From the NCBI GenBank assembly GCA_009843585.1, contig VYDC01000247.1:1-29437 (forward strand): a DNA stretch of 29,437 bases, in the 5' to 3' direction. The position numbers and the translations under genes were made by a program. The notes beneath the pieces were generated by a model. That model made no database searches and had not been told where the DNA came from. It saw only the letters and a program-made list of their open reading frames with translations. Position 1 is the stretch's first letter. Each line of letters opens with the position of its first letter. Below, in pieces: positions 19,948 to 27,607 of the stretch. The stretch comes from Chloroflexota bacterium (lineage in GTDB: Bacteria > Chloroflexota > Dehalococcoidia > UBA2979).

Positions 19948-20580
19948 TCAGCTCGAATCGCTCTCCGCCGCCGCAGGCGCGGCGTCGTCTGAGGTCCCCG
20001 ACTCCGATACGCCGTCGGTGCTCGGCGCCTCCACGGAGGGCTCTTCCTGGTCGGCGACGGCTTCGTCCTCCTCGGCCGCCCCCGAGGCGACGTGGAGCAT
20101 CGCCTCAGCGGCGGCCTCAACGCCTTCCGGCGCCTCGGAGTCCACCACCACCACCTGCACGTCCGGCACCACGTTGCGTGAGAGCCGGAGCGGCACGGAA
20201 TACACCCCCACGCTCCGAATCACCTCGGGCAGAAGGACGCGACGGCGGTCCAGTTCCTCGCCGAGAATCTCCCCAGCCTTCTCGGCGAGGTCGGCACTGG
20301 TAACCGATCCGTACAGACGCCCCTGCTCGCCGACGCGGACGGCCATTACGAGCGCGTGCCCCCTGAGCCGGCTAGCCAGCTCCTCAGCACCCTCGTCCTG
20401 GGCCCGTTGGCGCCTCTCCTCCTCGCGGGCGAGCTCTTCGGCTCGCTCGAGAAGGGAGGCGGTCGCCGGTGCGGCCAGGCCGCGCGGCAACAGGAAGTTC
20501 CGGGCGTACCCATTGGCGACGTTCTTCACCTCGCCCATGGTGCCGGACCCCTCCACGGTCTCCAGGAAAACGACCTTCAC
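19948..20580 (-). CDS. rplI: 50S ribosomal protein L9 with ~60-aa acidic tail (210 aa)
   Basis: (M)KVVFLE.V.G.G..GEVKNVANGYARNFLLPRGLA, GRLYGSVT. GTG start at 20580. Confidence 0.96.
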   Translation of the reverse strand: MKVVFLETVEGSGTMGEVKNVANGYARNFLLPRGLAAPATASLLERAEELAREEERRQRAQDEGAEELASRLRGHALVMAVRVGEQGRLYGSVTSADLAEKAGEILGEELDRRRVLLPEVIRSVGVYSVPLRLSRNVVPDVQVVVVDSEAPEGVEAAAEAMLHVASGAAEEDEAVADQEEPSVEAPSTDGVSESGTSDDAAPAAAESDSS

Positions 20581-20667
20581 CTCGACGCACCCTCTCGGCG
20601 TATCGAAGCCGGGACGCCGCCCACGGTAAGGCGGGAGTCCGGCACCCTGCGCCCCTTTGGCGCCCTC

Positions 20668-20743
20668 TTGTCCACGCTCGCGTCCACAATCGGCGGGAGT
20701 GGAAACGCCCGCACCGTGCCCGGCGTGGATGTCCGGTGGAAGA
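20668..20743. promoter_or_regulatory. Cluster of five DnaA-box-like TCCAC 9-mers
   Basis: Plus strand: TTGTCCACG (20668), GCGTCCACA (20680). Minus strand: GTTTCCACT (20706-20698), ACATCCACG (20732-20724), TCTTCCACC (20743-20735). Confidence 0.4.
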
Positions 20744-20749
20744 GCGATC

Positions 20750-20778
20750 AGCGTAGCGCCGAGCCGTGGCCCGAGCAA
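20750..20778 (-). promoter_or_regulatory. Candidate proximal sigma70 promoter (P2) of the rplI-dnaB operon
   Basis: TTGCTC (20778-20773), 17-bp spacer, TACGCT (20755-20750). Confidence 0.5.
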
Positions 20779-20835
20779 CGCGCCGCTCGCCCTGGTGCCG
20801 CACCTCCTCCGTTTCCGGGGGCAGTCGTGCAAACC

Positions 20836-20864
20836 ATGCTAGAACGTGTGTTCTACACCGTCAA
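20836..20864 (-). promoter_or_regulatory. Distal sigma70 promoter (P1) of the rplI-dnaB operon
   Basis: TTGACG (20864-20859), 17-bp spacer, TAGCAT (20841-20836). Confidence 0.8.
20840..20855. promoter_or_regulatory. LexA (SOS) box, GAAC-N4-GTTC type
   Basis: Perfect palindrome TAGAAC-GTGT-GTTCTA filling the P1 spacer and touching the -10. It matches the Gram-positive/Dehalococcoides LexA motif. Confidence 0.8.
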
Positions 20865-20890
20865 CCCCGTCGCCCGCGGTGACCTGCACC

Positions 20891-20985
20891 GGCCGTCGAG
20901 CGGGGGTGGCGGCGATTGTCCGATCGGAGGCGTGCGGCCGTGACAGAAGAACGGGTACAGGGGGAGGCACCCCCGCTCGACGGCC
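20891..20985. repeat. 95-bp element bounded by perfect 18-bp inverted repeats
   Basis: GGCCGTCGAGCGGGGGTG (20891-20908) and CACCCCCGCTCGACGGCC (20968-20985), 59-nt spacer. Confidence 0.85.
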
Positions 20986-21034
20986 TAGACTCGCTCCTCC
21001 CCGCCCTAGAGGCCCCCGACCTCGAATGCGGGAG

Positions 21035-23323
21035 CTACTCACCGAGCGCGCGCGGCAACCCCTTCTCGTAGCCGTCGCGGAGCGAGTCGCACGCGACGTC
21101 GAGCGGGCCGAGCCGCAGGCGCGGCTCCTCCTCGACGACGACCTCGCCGAGGGACACGGCCGTCACGTCGGCCTCGCGCGCGAGGGCGAGCACCGCCGCG
21201 AGGGCCTCCGCGTCCGCGACGCCCACCAGTAAGCGCGAGGGCGCCTCTCCGAAGAGCGCGGCGTCGAGCCGGGGGCCGAGATCGAGCGCGGGATCGGGCA
21301 CAAAGCCCGCCCCCGGCGCAGAGTGGCCGGTGGCGGCGAGCAGGCACTCGGCGAGCGCGACGGCGAGGCCGCCCTCGGAGAGATCGTGTGCGGCGGTGAG
21401 GAGGCCGCGCCGGTGCGCGTCGAGCACCACCCGCTGCACTGCGCGCTCGCGCGCGAGGTCCAGCTGCGGACGGCCCGCGAGGCGGGCGTGCGCCCGCGCG
21501 AGGTACTCGCTCCCGGCGAGCGTCGCCGCCTCCTGCGCGGGCGGAGCTCCGAGAAGCACCAGCAGATCGCCGGGGCCCGGGCCGATGGTGAGGTGGCGCT
21601 CGACATCGGCGAGAAGTCCGAGCATTCCGATGGTCGGCGTCGGCGGCACGCCGCCCCGCGGCGTCTCGTTGTAGAGCGAGGCGTTGCCGGAGACGACCGG
21701 CGTCCCGAGCGCACGCGCCGCCTCCGAGAGCCCGATCACCGACTGCTCGAGCTGATACGCCACCTCCGGACGCTCCGGGTTGCCGAAGTTCAGGCAGTCG
21801 GTGAGCGCGACCGGCTCGGCGCCCGTCGCGACGACGTTGCGCGCCGCCTCGGCAACGGCCATCTGCGCGCCGGTGCGCGGATCGAGCGCCACGAAGCGCG
21901 CGTTGCAGTCGGTCGCCACGGCGATCCCGGCGCGCATCCCCGGGACGCGGATCACGGCGGCGTCGCCGCCGGGAAGGACGACCGTGCCGTTGAGCACCTG
22001 ATGATCGTACTGCCGGTAGATCCAGGCCCGGCTCGCGATGTTGGGCGCGGCGAGAAGCGCGAGCAGCCACTCGCCGGCGGCCGCCGCGCCGGATGCCGCG
22101 AGGTCGGGGAGCGCCGCGAGATCCTCGGCCCACAGCCGATCCAGCTCCGCGGGGCGACGCGCCTCCGGCGGATAGAGCGGCGGATCCGTCAGCACGGAGA
22201 CGGGAATGCGCGCCTCGGCGCCACCGTCGGCGTAGACCGTCGCGCGCCCGTCCGCGGTCACCTCGCCGACGACGTCGGCGCGCAGCTCCCACCGGCGCAT
22301 CAGCGCGAGCACGTCGTCCAGGTGCTCGCGCTTCGGAATGACGAGCATCCGCTCCTGCGACTCCGAGAGCATCACCTCGTAGGCGCTCATGCCGCGCTCG
22401 CGCCGCGGGACCCGACCGACGTCGATGACGACGCCGGTCCCGGCGCGCGCGGCCGCCTCCACACTGCTGGAGGTGAGACCGGCGGCGCCGAGGTCCTGCA
22501 GGCCTTCGATCCAGTCGGCGTGCCGCTCGGCGAGTTCGACGCAAGCCTCCATCAGGAGCTTCTCCATGAAGGGATTGCCGACCTGGACCGCCGGCCGCTG
22601 TGCGCCGGCGTCCTCGTCGAGCTCGACCGAGGCGAAGGTCGCACCGTGGATCCCGTCGCGGCCGGTATCGGCGCCGACCAGGACCAGCGGGTTCCCGACG
22701 CCCCGAGCCGAGGCGGAGAGCAGCTGCTCGCGGCGGCCGACGCCGACGCACATGACGTTGACCAGCGGATTCCCGTCGTAGCCGGGGTCGAACTGCACCT
22801 CACCCCCGACGGTCGGCACGCCGACGCAGTTGCCGTAGCCGCCGACGCCCGCGACGACGCCCTGGAAGAGGTGACGGTTGCGGGCGTCGTCGAGCTCGCC
22901 GAAGCGGAGCGAGTCGAGCAGGGCGACGGGACGCATCCCCATCGCGAAGATGTCGCGGAGAATGCCGCCGACGCCGGTCGCCGCGCCCTGGTAGGGCTCC
23001 ACGGCGGAGGGGTGGTTGTGGGACTCCATCTTGAAAACCGCGACCCAGCCCTCGCCGAGATCGATGGCCCCGGCGTTCTCCTCGCCCGCACGGGTGAGAA
23101 CGCGCGGCCCCTCGGTCGGGAAGTGGTGGAAGAGCGGGCGCGAGTGTTTGTACCCGCAGTGCTCGGACCAGAGCGCGGCGGCCATCCCGAGCTCGACGGG
23201 AGAGGGGTCGCGGTCGAGCAGGCGGCAGAGCCGCTCGTACTCGCCGCGCGACATCGCGACGCGCCGGAGCGTCTCGTCGCTCACCTCGCCCGGGGCTGCG
23301 CGGCGCGGGCCGTCCTCGCTCAT
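21035..23323 (-). CDS. purL: Phosphoribosylformylglycinamidine synthase subunit PurL (762 aa)
   Basis: WSEHCGYK, GEENAG, FKMESHNHPSAVEPYQGAATGVGGI.RD, TGRDGIHGATFAS, DLGAAGL, SESQERM, QYDHQV, LNFGNPE, HDLSEGGL. Start at MSEDG (ATG 23323). Confidence 0.97.
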   Translation of the reverse strand: MSEDGPRRAAPGEVSDETLRRVAMSRGEYERLCRLLDRDPSPVELGMAAALWSEHCGYKHSRPLFHHFPTEGPRVLTRAGEENAGAIDLGEGWVAVFKMESHNHPSAVEPYQGAATGVGGILRDIFAMGMRPVALLDSLRFGELDDARNRHLFQGVVAGVGGYGNCVGVPTVGGEVQFDPGYDGNPLVNVMCVGVGRREQLLSASARGVGNPLVLVGADTGRDGIHGATFASVELDEDAGAQRPAVQVGNPFMEKLLMEACVELAERHADWIEGLQDLGAAGLTSSSVEAAARAGTGVVIDVGRVPRRERGMSAYEVMLSESQERMLVIPKREHLDDVLALMRRWELRADVVGEVTADGRATVYADGGAEARIPVSVLTDPPLYPPEARRPAELDRLWAEDLAALPDLAASGAAAAGEWLLALLAAPNIASRAWIYRQYDHQVLNGTVVLPGGDAAVIRVPGMRAGIAVATDCNARFVALDPRTGAQMAVAEAARNVVATGAEPVALTDCLNFGNPERPEVAYQLEQSVIGLSEAARALGTPVVSGNASLYNETPRGGVPPTPTIGMLGLLADVERHLTIGPGPGDLLVLLGAPPAQEAATLAGSEYLARAHARLAGRPQLDLARERAVQRVVLDAHRRGLLTAAHDLSEGGLAVALAECLLAATGHSAPGAGFVPDPALDLGPRLDAALFGEAPSRLLVGVADAEALAAVLALAREADVTAVSLGEVVVEEEPRLRLGPLDVACDSLRDGYEKGLPRALGE

Positions 23324-23372
23324 CGGCCCTCCCGGCTCGTGGCCGGGGCTTCGGCGACGGCACCGCGCGCCC

Positions 23373-24092
23373 TCATGAGACGGCCGCACCGGTCGCGCGG
23401 CCGGTCGGGGCGGCGAGCAGCGATCGCCAGATCGCATTCCCGTCGTCGCCCCCCAGCAGCGCCTCGCAGGCGCGCTCCGGGTGGGGCATCATCCCGAGCA
23501 CGTTCCCGGCCTCGTTGAGGACGCCCGCGATGTTTCGAAGCGAGCCGTTGGGGTTTGCCTCCCGCGTCGCGCGCCCCCCGGCGTCGACGTAGCGGAAGGC
23601 GATGCGCTCCTCCGCCTCCAGCCGGTCCAGGGTTGAGCGGTCGGCGTAGTAGTTCCCCTCGCCGTGGGAGATCGGCATGCGCAGCGGGCGCTCGGGATCG
23701 AGCTCCCTGGTGAAGGACGAGCGGGCGCTGCCCGGCCGGAGGTGGACCTCCTGGCAACGGAAGAGGAGCGAGTCGTTGCACATCAGCGCGCCGGGCAGCA
23801 TCCCTGCCTCGCAGAGCACCTGGAAGCCGTTGCAGATCCCGATCACGAGGCCGCCCGCGTCGGCGTGGCGGCGCACCGCCGCCATCACAGGCGAAAACCG
23901 AGCGATCGCCCCGCAGCGGAGGTAGTCGCCGTAAGAGAAGCCACCTGGAAGCACGACCAGCTCGTCCGGCTCGATCCGTGTCTCCCGGTGCCAGAGACGG
24001 CGGGACTCAATGCCCACCGTGCCCAGGGCGTGGACGCAATCGCGGTCGCTCCACGTGCCGGGAAAGACCACGACGGCGGCTCGCACGACCAC
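23373..24092 (-). CDS. purQ: FGAM synthase glutaminase subunit PurQ
   Basis: VFPG..D.D, LPGGFSYGDYLR, GICNGFQ (catalytic Cys), SHGEGNY, NPNGS, MMPHPER. The start may be GTG 24086. Confidence 0.97.
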   Translation of the reverse strand: MVVRAAVVVFPGTWSDRDCVHALGTVGIESRRLWHRETRIEPDELVVLPGGFSYGDYLRCGAIARFSPVMAAVRRHADAGGLVIGICNGFQVLCEAGMLPGALMCNDSLLFRCQEVHLRPGSARSSFTRELDPERPLRMPISHGEGNYYADRSTLDRLEAEERIAFRYVDAGGRATREANPNGSLRNIAGVLNEAGNVLGMMPHPERACEALLGGDDGNAIWRSLLAAPTGRATGAAVS

Positions 24093-24205
24093 TCCCGCCC
24101 AGTGCCCCCGGCCGCCCGGAAGCGGCCATCGGGGCGGCTCGACGCGATCATAGCGAGGGGCGCGTCTAGCAGCGCGCCCCGGCGCGGCGGGCGGCGCGCT
24201 GGAGC

Positions 24206-26389
24206 CTAGCGGCGCGACGACTCGGCGGCGCCGTCGGGCTGCTCGGGCGGGCCGCCGCGCCCGTCACCGTCGCCGGTGCCGAGACGATCGGAGCGCTCGC
24301 GCTCGGTGGGCTCGGGGTACTCGACGCGGGGGTGGAAGACCGCCGCGAGCGCCGAGACGAACGAGTCGGAGGCGACTCGGAGATCGCGGAGCGAGATCGG
24401 ACAGTCATCGAACTGCCGCTCGTCGATTCGCTCCCGAATCACGCCGTCGACGATCGTGCGGATCTGCTCGGGGGAGTAGTCCGAGCTCGCCCGGACCGCC
24501 GCCTCGCAGCCGTCGGCCAGCATCACGAGCGCCGCCTCGCGCGAGCGCGGTCGCGGCCCGGGGTAGCGGAAGAGCTCGGGATCGATGCTCGGGTTCTGCT
24601 CGGCGGCGCGGCGATAGAAGAAGGCGACCAGCCGCGTCCCGTGGTGCTGCGGAATGAACTGGACGATCGCCTCGGGCAGCCCGCTCCGGCGGGCGATCTC
24701 GATTCCGGCCGTCACGTGCTGCTGGATGACGCGGGTGCTCTGCAGGGGATCGAGCCCCCCGTGCGGACTCTCGCCGCTCTGGTTCTCGACAAAGAAGGCG
24801 GGGGCGACCAGCTTCCCGACGTCGTGGTAGTAGGCGCCAACGCGGGCGACGAGCGGGTTCGCGCCGATGCGATCGGCGGCGCGCTCGGCGAGCGTGCCGA
24901 CGAGGACAGAGTGCTGGAAGGTGCCCGGTGCCTCGTCCTGCAGGCGCCTGAGCAGCGGGTGGTTGAGCTGCGCCAGCTCCATCAGCTCGACGCGCGTGAT
25001 GATGCCGAACGGGCGCGAGAGGACGATGAAGGCGCCGACCGCGATCATCGCCGCCAGGAAGCCGCCGACGGTCGTCGTGGCCGCGATCCAGAGCAGATCG
25101 ACGCCGGAGCGCTCAGCGTCCAGCATCCAGGTGGCGAGCGCCGCGGCCGCGCCGGCTGCCGCGGCTCCGATGCCCGCGAGCAGGTAGCGCTGCTGCCGCT
25201 CGGCGCGCGCGGCCGGGAGTATGCCCCCGAGCGAGGCGGCGAGGACGACCAGGGCGATGCGCACCGCCTCGATCGGCGTCGAGACGCCGACCCCGTCGGT
25301 CCCCGGGACCTCCAGGGCGACGAACGAGGCAATAGCGGCGACGAGCACGGCGAGCAGCAGCGCAACCGGGACGTCGAGCAGAACGGCCGCCGCCACCGGC
25401 GTCGCCGCGAGCGGCAGCGCGTGCGCCAGGAAGCGCCGCTCCTCATCGGGGAGCGTGAGCGGGAGTCCGAACTTGGCGACTATCGCCGGGGCGAGCAGGA
25501 GCAGTCCGAGCAGCAGCAGGCGGCGGAGGCCGGCGACGCTCGGCGGCTGCTCGACGAAGAGGTAGCCGGCGATCGCCGCCGCGGCGAGCAGCGCCACCAG
25601 CACGGTCGCGAGGATCGACTCGAGGCGCACATCCGCCTCGACGAGGTCGAGCATCTGAAGCGCCTCGGCCTGCACGGCCGTGATCGGCTCGTCGCGGGTC
25701 ACTACCGGGTCGCCGGCCTCCACGACCACCTCGACCGGGCGCTGCGCCACGCGCGCCTCCTCCCGGACGAACTCGGTGCGCTCGCGGTCGACGACGAGCG
25801 TGGGCACGACCAGGGGGTCGAGCACCTCGGTGAGGGCACGCCGCTGCGCCCCGTCCAGCTCGGGCGAGAGGAAGCCCGCCGTCCGCTGCCTCGTGCTCGG
25901 CAGGTCGTCCGCCGAGACGGCGCCCGTGAGCGCACGCCCGAGCGCGTTGCGCGCCTCGGCGGCGAGCTGCTGCCAGGTCGCGTCGTCGGCCGCCGCGAGC
26001 ACGGCGGCGGCGGCGGTGGAGAGCTCGACCCCGTCGATGCCGCGGATTGCCGACTCGCGCGCCGAGGCGGCGAGCGACGTATCGCGGCGCGCCGCGTCGA
26101 TCATCGCGAGCTGGCGATCGAGCGAGCGCAGCTGCGTGTCGCGGACGCCGGGGTCGAGCACGTAGACGTCGGGGACGGCGGCGGCGGCGTCTGAGCGCAG
26201 CGCCTCGGTCAGCACCGCCGACTCGTAGGTGGCGGCCCGCGGCGCGGTGATGGTGCGCGTGGCGAGGCTTCCCTCCGAGACGGCGTCGGTGCCGGGGAAC
26301 CAGGGGAAGAGCGCCGCCACGAGCGCGGCCGCGAGTACGCCGCCCAGCAGGGCGGCGCGACGCCCGGTGAAGGTGCGCCCGTGACTCAC
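24206..26389 (-). CDS. 7TM-HD (HDIG) phosphohydrolase, PgpH-like cyclic dinucleotide phosphodiesterase
   Basis: N-terminal TM, large extracytoplasmic domain, multi-TM block, then APGTFQHS, YYHDVGK, F.ENQ, QHHGT, GPRP.SRE, LADGCEAA. Confidence 0.88.
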   Translation of the reverse strand: MSHGRTFTGRRAALLGGVLAAALVAALFPWFPGTDAVSEGSLATRTITAPRAATYESAVLTEALRSDAAAAVPDVYVLDPGVRDTQLRSLDRQLAMIDAARRDTSLAASARESAIRGIDGVELSTAAAAVLAAADDATWQQLAAEARNALGRALTGAVSADDLPSTRQRTAGFLSPELDGAQRRALTEVLDPLVVPTLVVDRERTEFVREEARVAQRPVEVVVEAGDPVVTRDEPITAVQAEALQMLDLVEADVRLESILATVLVALLAAAAIAGYLFVEQPPSVAGLRRLLLLGLLLLAPAIVAKFGLPLTLPDEERRFLAHALPLAATPVAAAVLLDVPVALLLAVLVAAIASFVALEVPGTDGVGVSTPIEAVRIALVVLAASLGGILPAARAERQQRYLLAGIGAAAAGAAAALATWMLDAERSGVDLLWIAATTTVGGFLAAMIAVGAFIVLSRPFGIITRVELMELAQLNHPLLRRLQDEAPGTFQHSVLVGTLAERAADRIGANPLVARVGAYYHDVGKLVAPAFFVENQSGESPHGGLDPLQSTRVIQQHVTAGIEIARRSGLPEAIVQFIPQHHGTRLVAFFYRRAAEQNPSIDPELFRYPGPRPRSREAALVMLADGCEAAVRASSDYSPEQIRTIVDGVIRERIDERQFDDCPISLRDLRVASDSFVSALAAVFHPRVEYPEPTERERSDRLGTGDGDGRGGPPEQPDGAAESSRR

Positions 26390-26456
26390 CGGGGCCGCGC
26401 CCGGACGCCGGGGGTGCTCGACGCGCCGAGGCGAGCCGGCCGGCTCCGCTGCCGCA

Positions 26457-26906
26457 TCAGGCGCCGCCGAGCAGCCCCCGCACGATCTCGTTCGCGCGCC
26501 GGCCGTCGGCGCGCCCGGCGACGCGCTCCATCAACGGGCGCATCACGCGGCCGAGATCGCCGGGTGCCGACGCGCCCACCTCGGCGACGACCTGGCGCGC
26601 CAGCTCGGCGAGCTCCTCCTCGGCGAGCGGCTGCGGCAGGAATCCCTCGATGAGGCGAAGCTCGGTCCGCTCGCGCTCGGCCAGGTCCTCCCGTTGCGCG
26701 CGCTCGTACTCGGCGATGGACTCGCGACGCTGCTTCGCCTCGCGCTGCAGGACACGCGTCGCCTCGTCGTCCGAGAGCTCGTGCCCCGCGGCGATGCGGG
26801 CGTTCTGGAAGGCGGCGATGAGGAGTCGGAGCGCGTCGCGGCGCGTCGTGTCCCCGGCGCGCATCGCGGCGGTCATCTGCTGCTGGACGTCACGGGTCAG
26901 CACCAT
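26457..26906 (-). CDS. GatB/YqeY domain protein
   Basis: AMRAGD..RRDALRLL, REAKQRRESI..Y, R.DLAERE..E...IEGFLPQPL, GRVM, GRADG. Follows rpsU as usual. GGAGG RBS. Confidence 0.93.
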   Translation of the reverse strand: MVLTRDVQQQMTAAMRAGDTTRRDALRLLIAAFQNARIAAGHELSDDEATRVLQREAKQRRESIAEYERAQREDLAERERTELRLIEGFLPQPLAEEELAELARQVVAEVGASAPGDLGRVMRPLMERVAGRADGRRANEIVRGLLGGA

Positions 26907-26952
26907 GCGCCTCCGGTGACCAGTGACCCCGGATCGCTCCGGGGCCCGACGC

Positions 26953-27165
26953 CTAGGGCCGAAGCTCGGTGCCGCCTTTTCGCCTCAGGAGCTTGCGCAG
27001 CTTGCGGCGACGCGCCGCCTCCTTCTTCTTGCGGCGCTCGGAGGGCTTCTCGTAGTACTCGTGCCTGCGGGCGTCGGTGAGGATGCCGTCGGCCTGCACG
27101 CGCTTGTTGAAGCGCTTGAGCGCGACGTCCAGCGACTCGGACTCGCCAACCTGCACTTCCGCCAC
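26953..27165 (-). CDS. rpsU: 30S ribosomal protein S21 (70 aa)
   Basis: (M)[21 protein letters not shown]...GIL...[22 protein letters not shown] start at 27165. Confidence 0.96.
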   Translation of the reverse strand: MAEVQVGESESLDVALKRFNKRVQADGILTDARRHEYYEKPSERRKKKEAARRRKLRKLLRRKGGTELRP

Positions 27166-27201
27166 CGGCCTCGCCACCCTTCGCACGACCCCCGGGCCGC
27201 G

Positions 27202-27231
27202 ATCGTAGGCCGCGCCGATTTGGGGCGTCAA
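27202..27231 (-). promoter_or_regulatory. Sigma70-type promoter for rpsU-yqeY
   Basis: TTGACG (27231-27226), 18-bp spacer, TACGAT (27207-27202). Confidence 0.75.
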
Positions 27232-27253
27232 TTGAGCCCGCGGGCGCCGGCGC

Positions 27254-27397
27254 CTAGTCGGCCGAGGGCAGGACCTTCGGCTGGAGCTCCTCCATGCCTC
27301 GACCATCGACGTTCAGGTTGCACTCGCCCGGCTTGATGCAGAGCACCTCGATGCCGGTCGACTCGTCCTGGTAGCGCTTCCCCAGCTGTACTGCCAT
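27254..27397 (-). CDS. Small hypothetical protein, 47 aa, GKRY motif
   Basis: Hand-translated [57 protein letters not shown]3-biased codons. Absent from the ORF track. Confidence 0.85.
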   Translation of the reverse strand: MAVQLGKRYQDESTGIEVLCIKPGECNLNVDGRGMEELQPKVLPSAD

Positions 27398-27416
27398 CGG
27401 GTCAGTCCTCCCCGCG

Positions 27417-27536
27417 CTAGATCTGCTCCAGCGGCTCCGCGCCGCAGCGCAGCTCCCCGTCCTGCGACCCGCGCGTGACGATGAACTCCGCCCCGCACTC
27501 CTTGCAGCGGTAGCGCTTTCCCGTCTCGGCTGCCAT
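27417..27536 (-). CDS. Small hypothetical protein, 39 aa, GKRY-CxxC motif (desulforedoxin/zinc-ribbon-like)
   Basis: MAAETGKRYRCKECGAEFIVTRGSQDGELRCGAEPLEQI*. Purine-rich RBS; ATG 27536. Confidence 0.85.
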   Translation of the reverse strand: MAAETGKRYRCKECGAEFIVTRGSQDGELRCGAEPLEQI

Positions 27537-27552
27537 CTGCCTCTCCCCTCGC

Positions 27553-27568
27553 CCCCGCCGCGGCGGGG
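27553..27568. other. 16-bp perfect GC palindrome between cytochrome c and the small ORFs
   Basis: CCCCGCCGCGGCGGGG; hairpin or operator, function unknown. Confidence 0.4.
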
Positions 27569-27607
27569 CGGGCGCCGTCGCCCATACCGCCGCGCAGGCC
27601 CCGATCG

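Noticed and set aside
20384-20803. 139-aa ORF starting after GGAGGAG in the rplI leader
   Set aside because: Overlaps rplI out of frame, Arg-rich and motif-free, and the start sits directly against the purine run. A short leader peptide cannot be fully excluded.
24147-24152. TATGAT -10 for purQL
   Set aside because: No -35 or TG extension; too weak to list as a feature.
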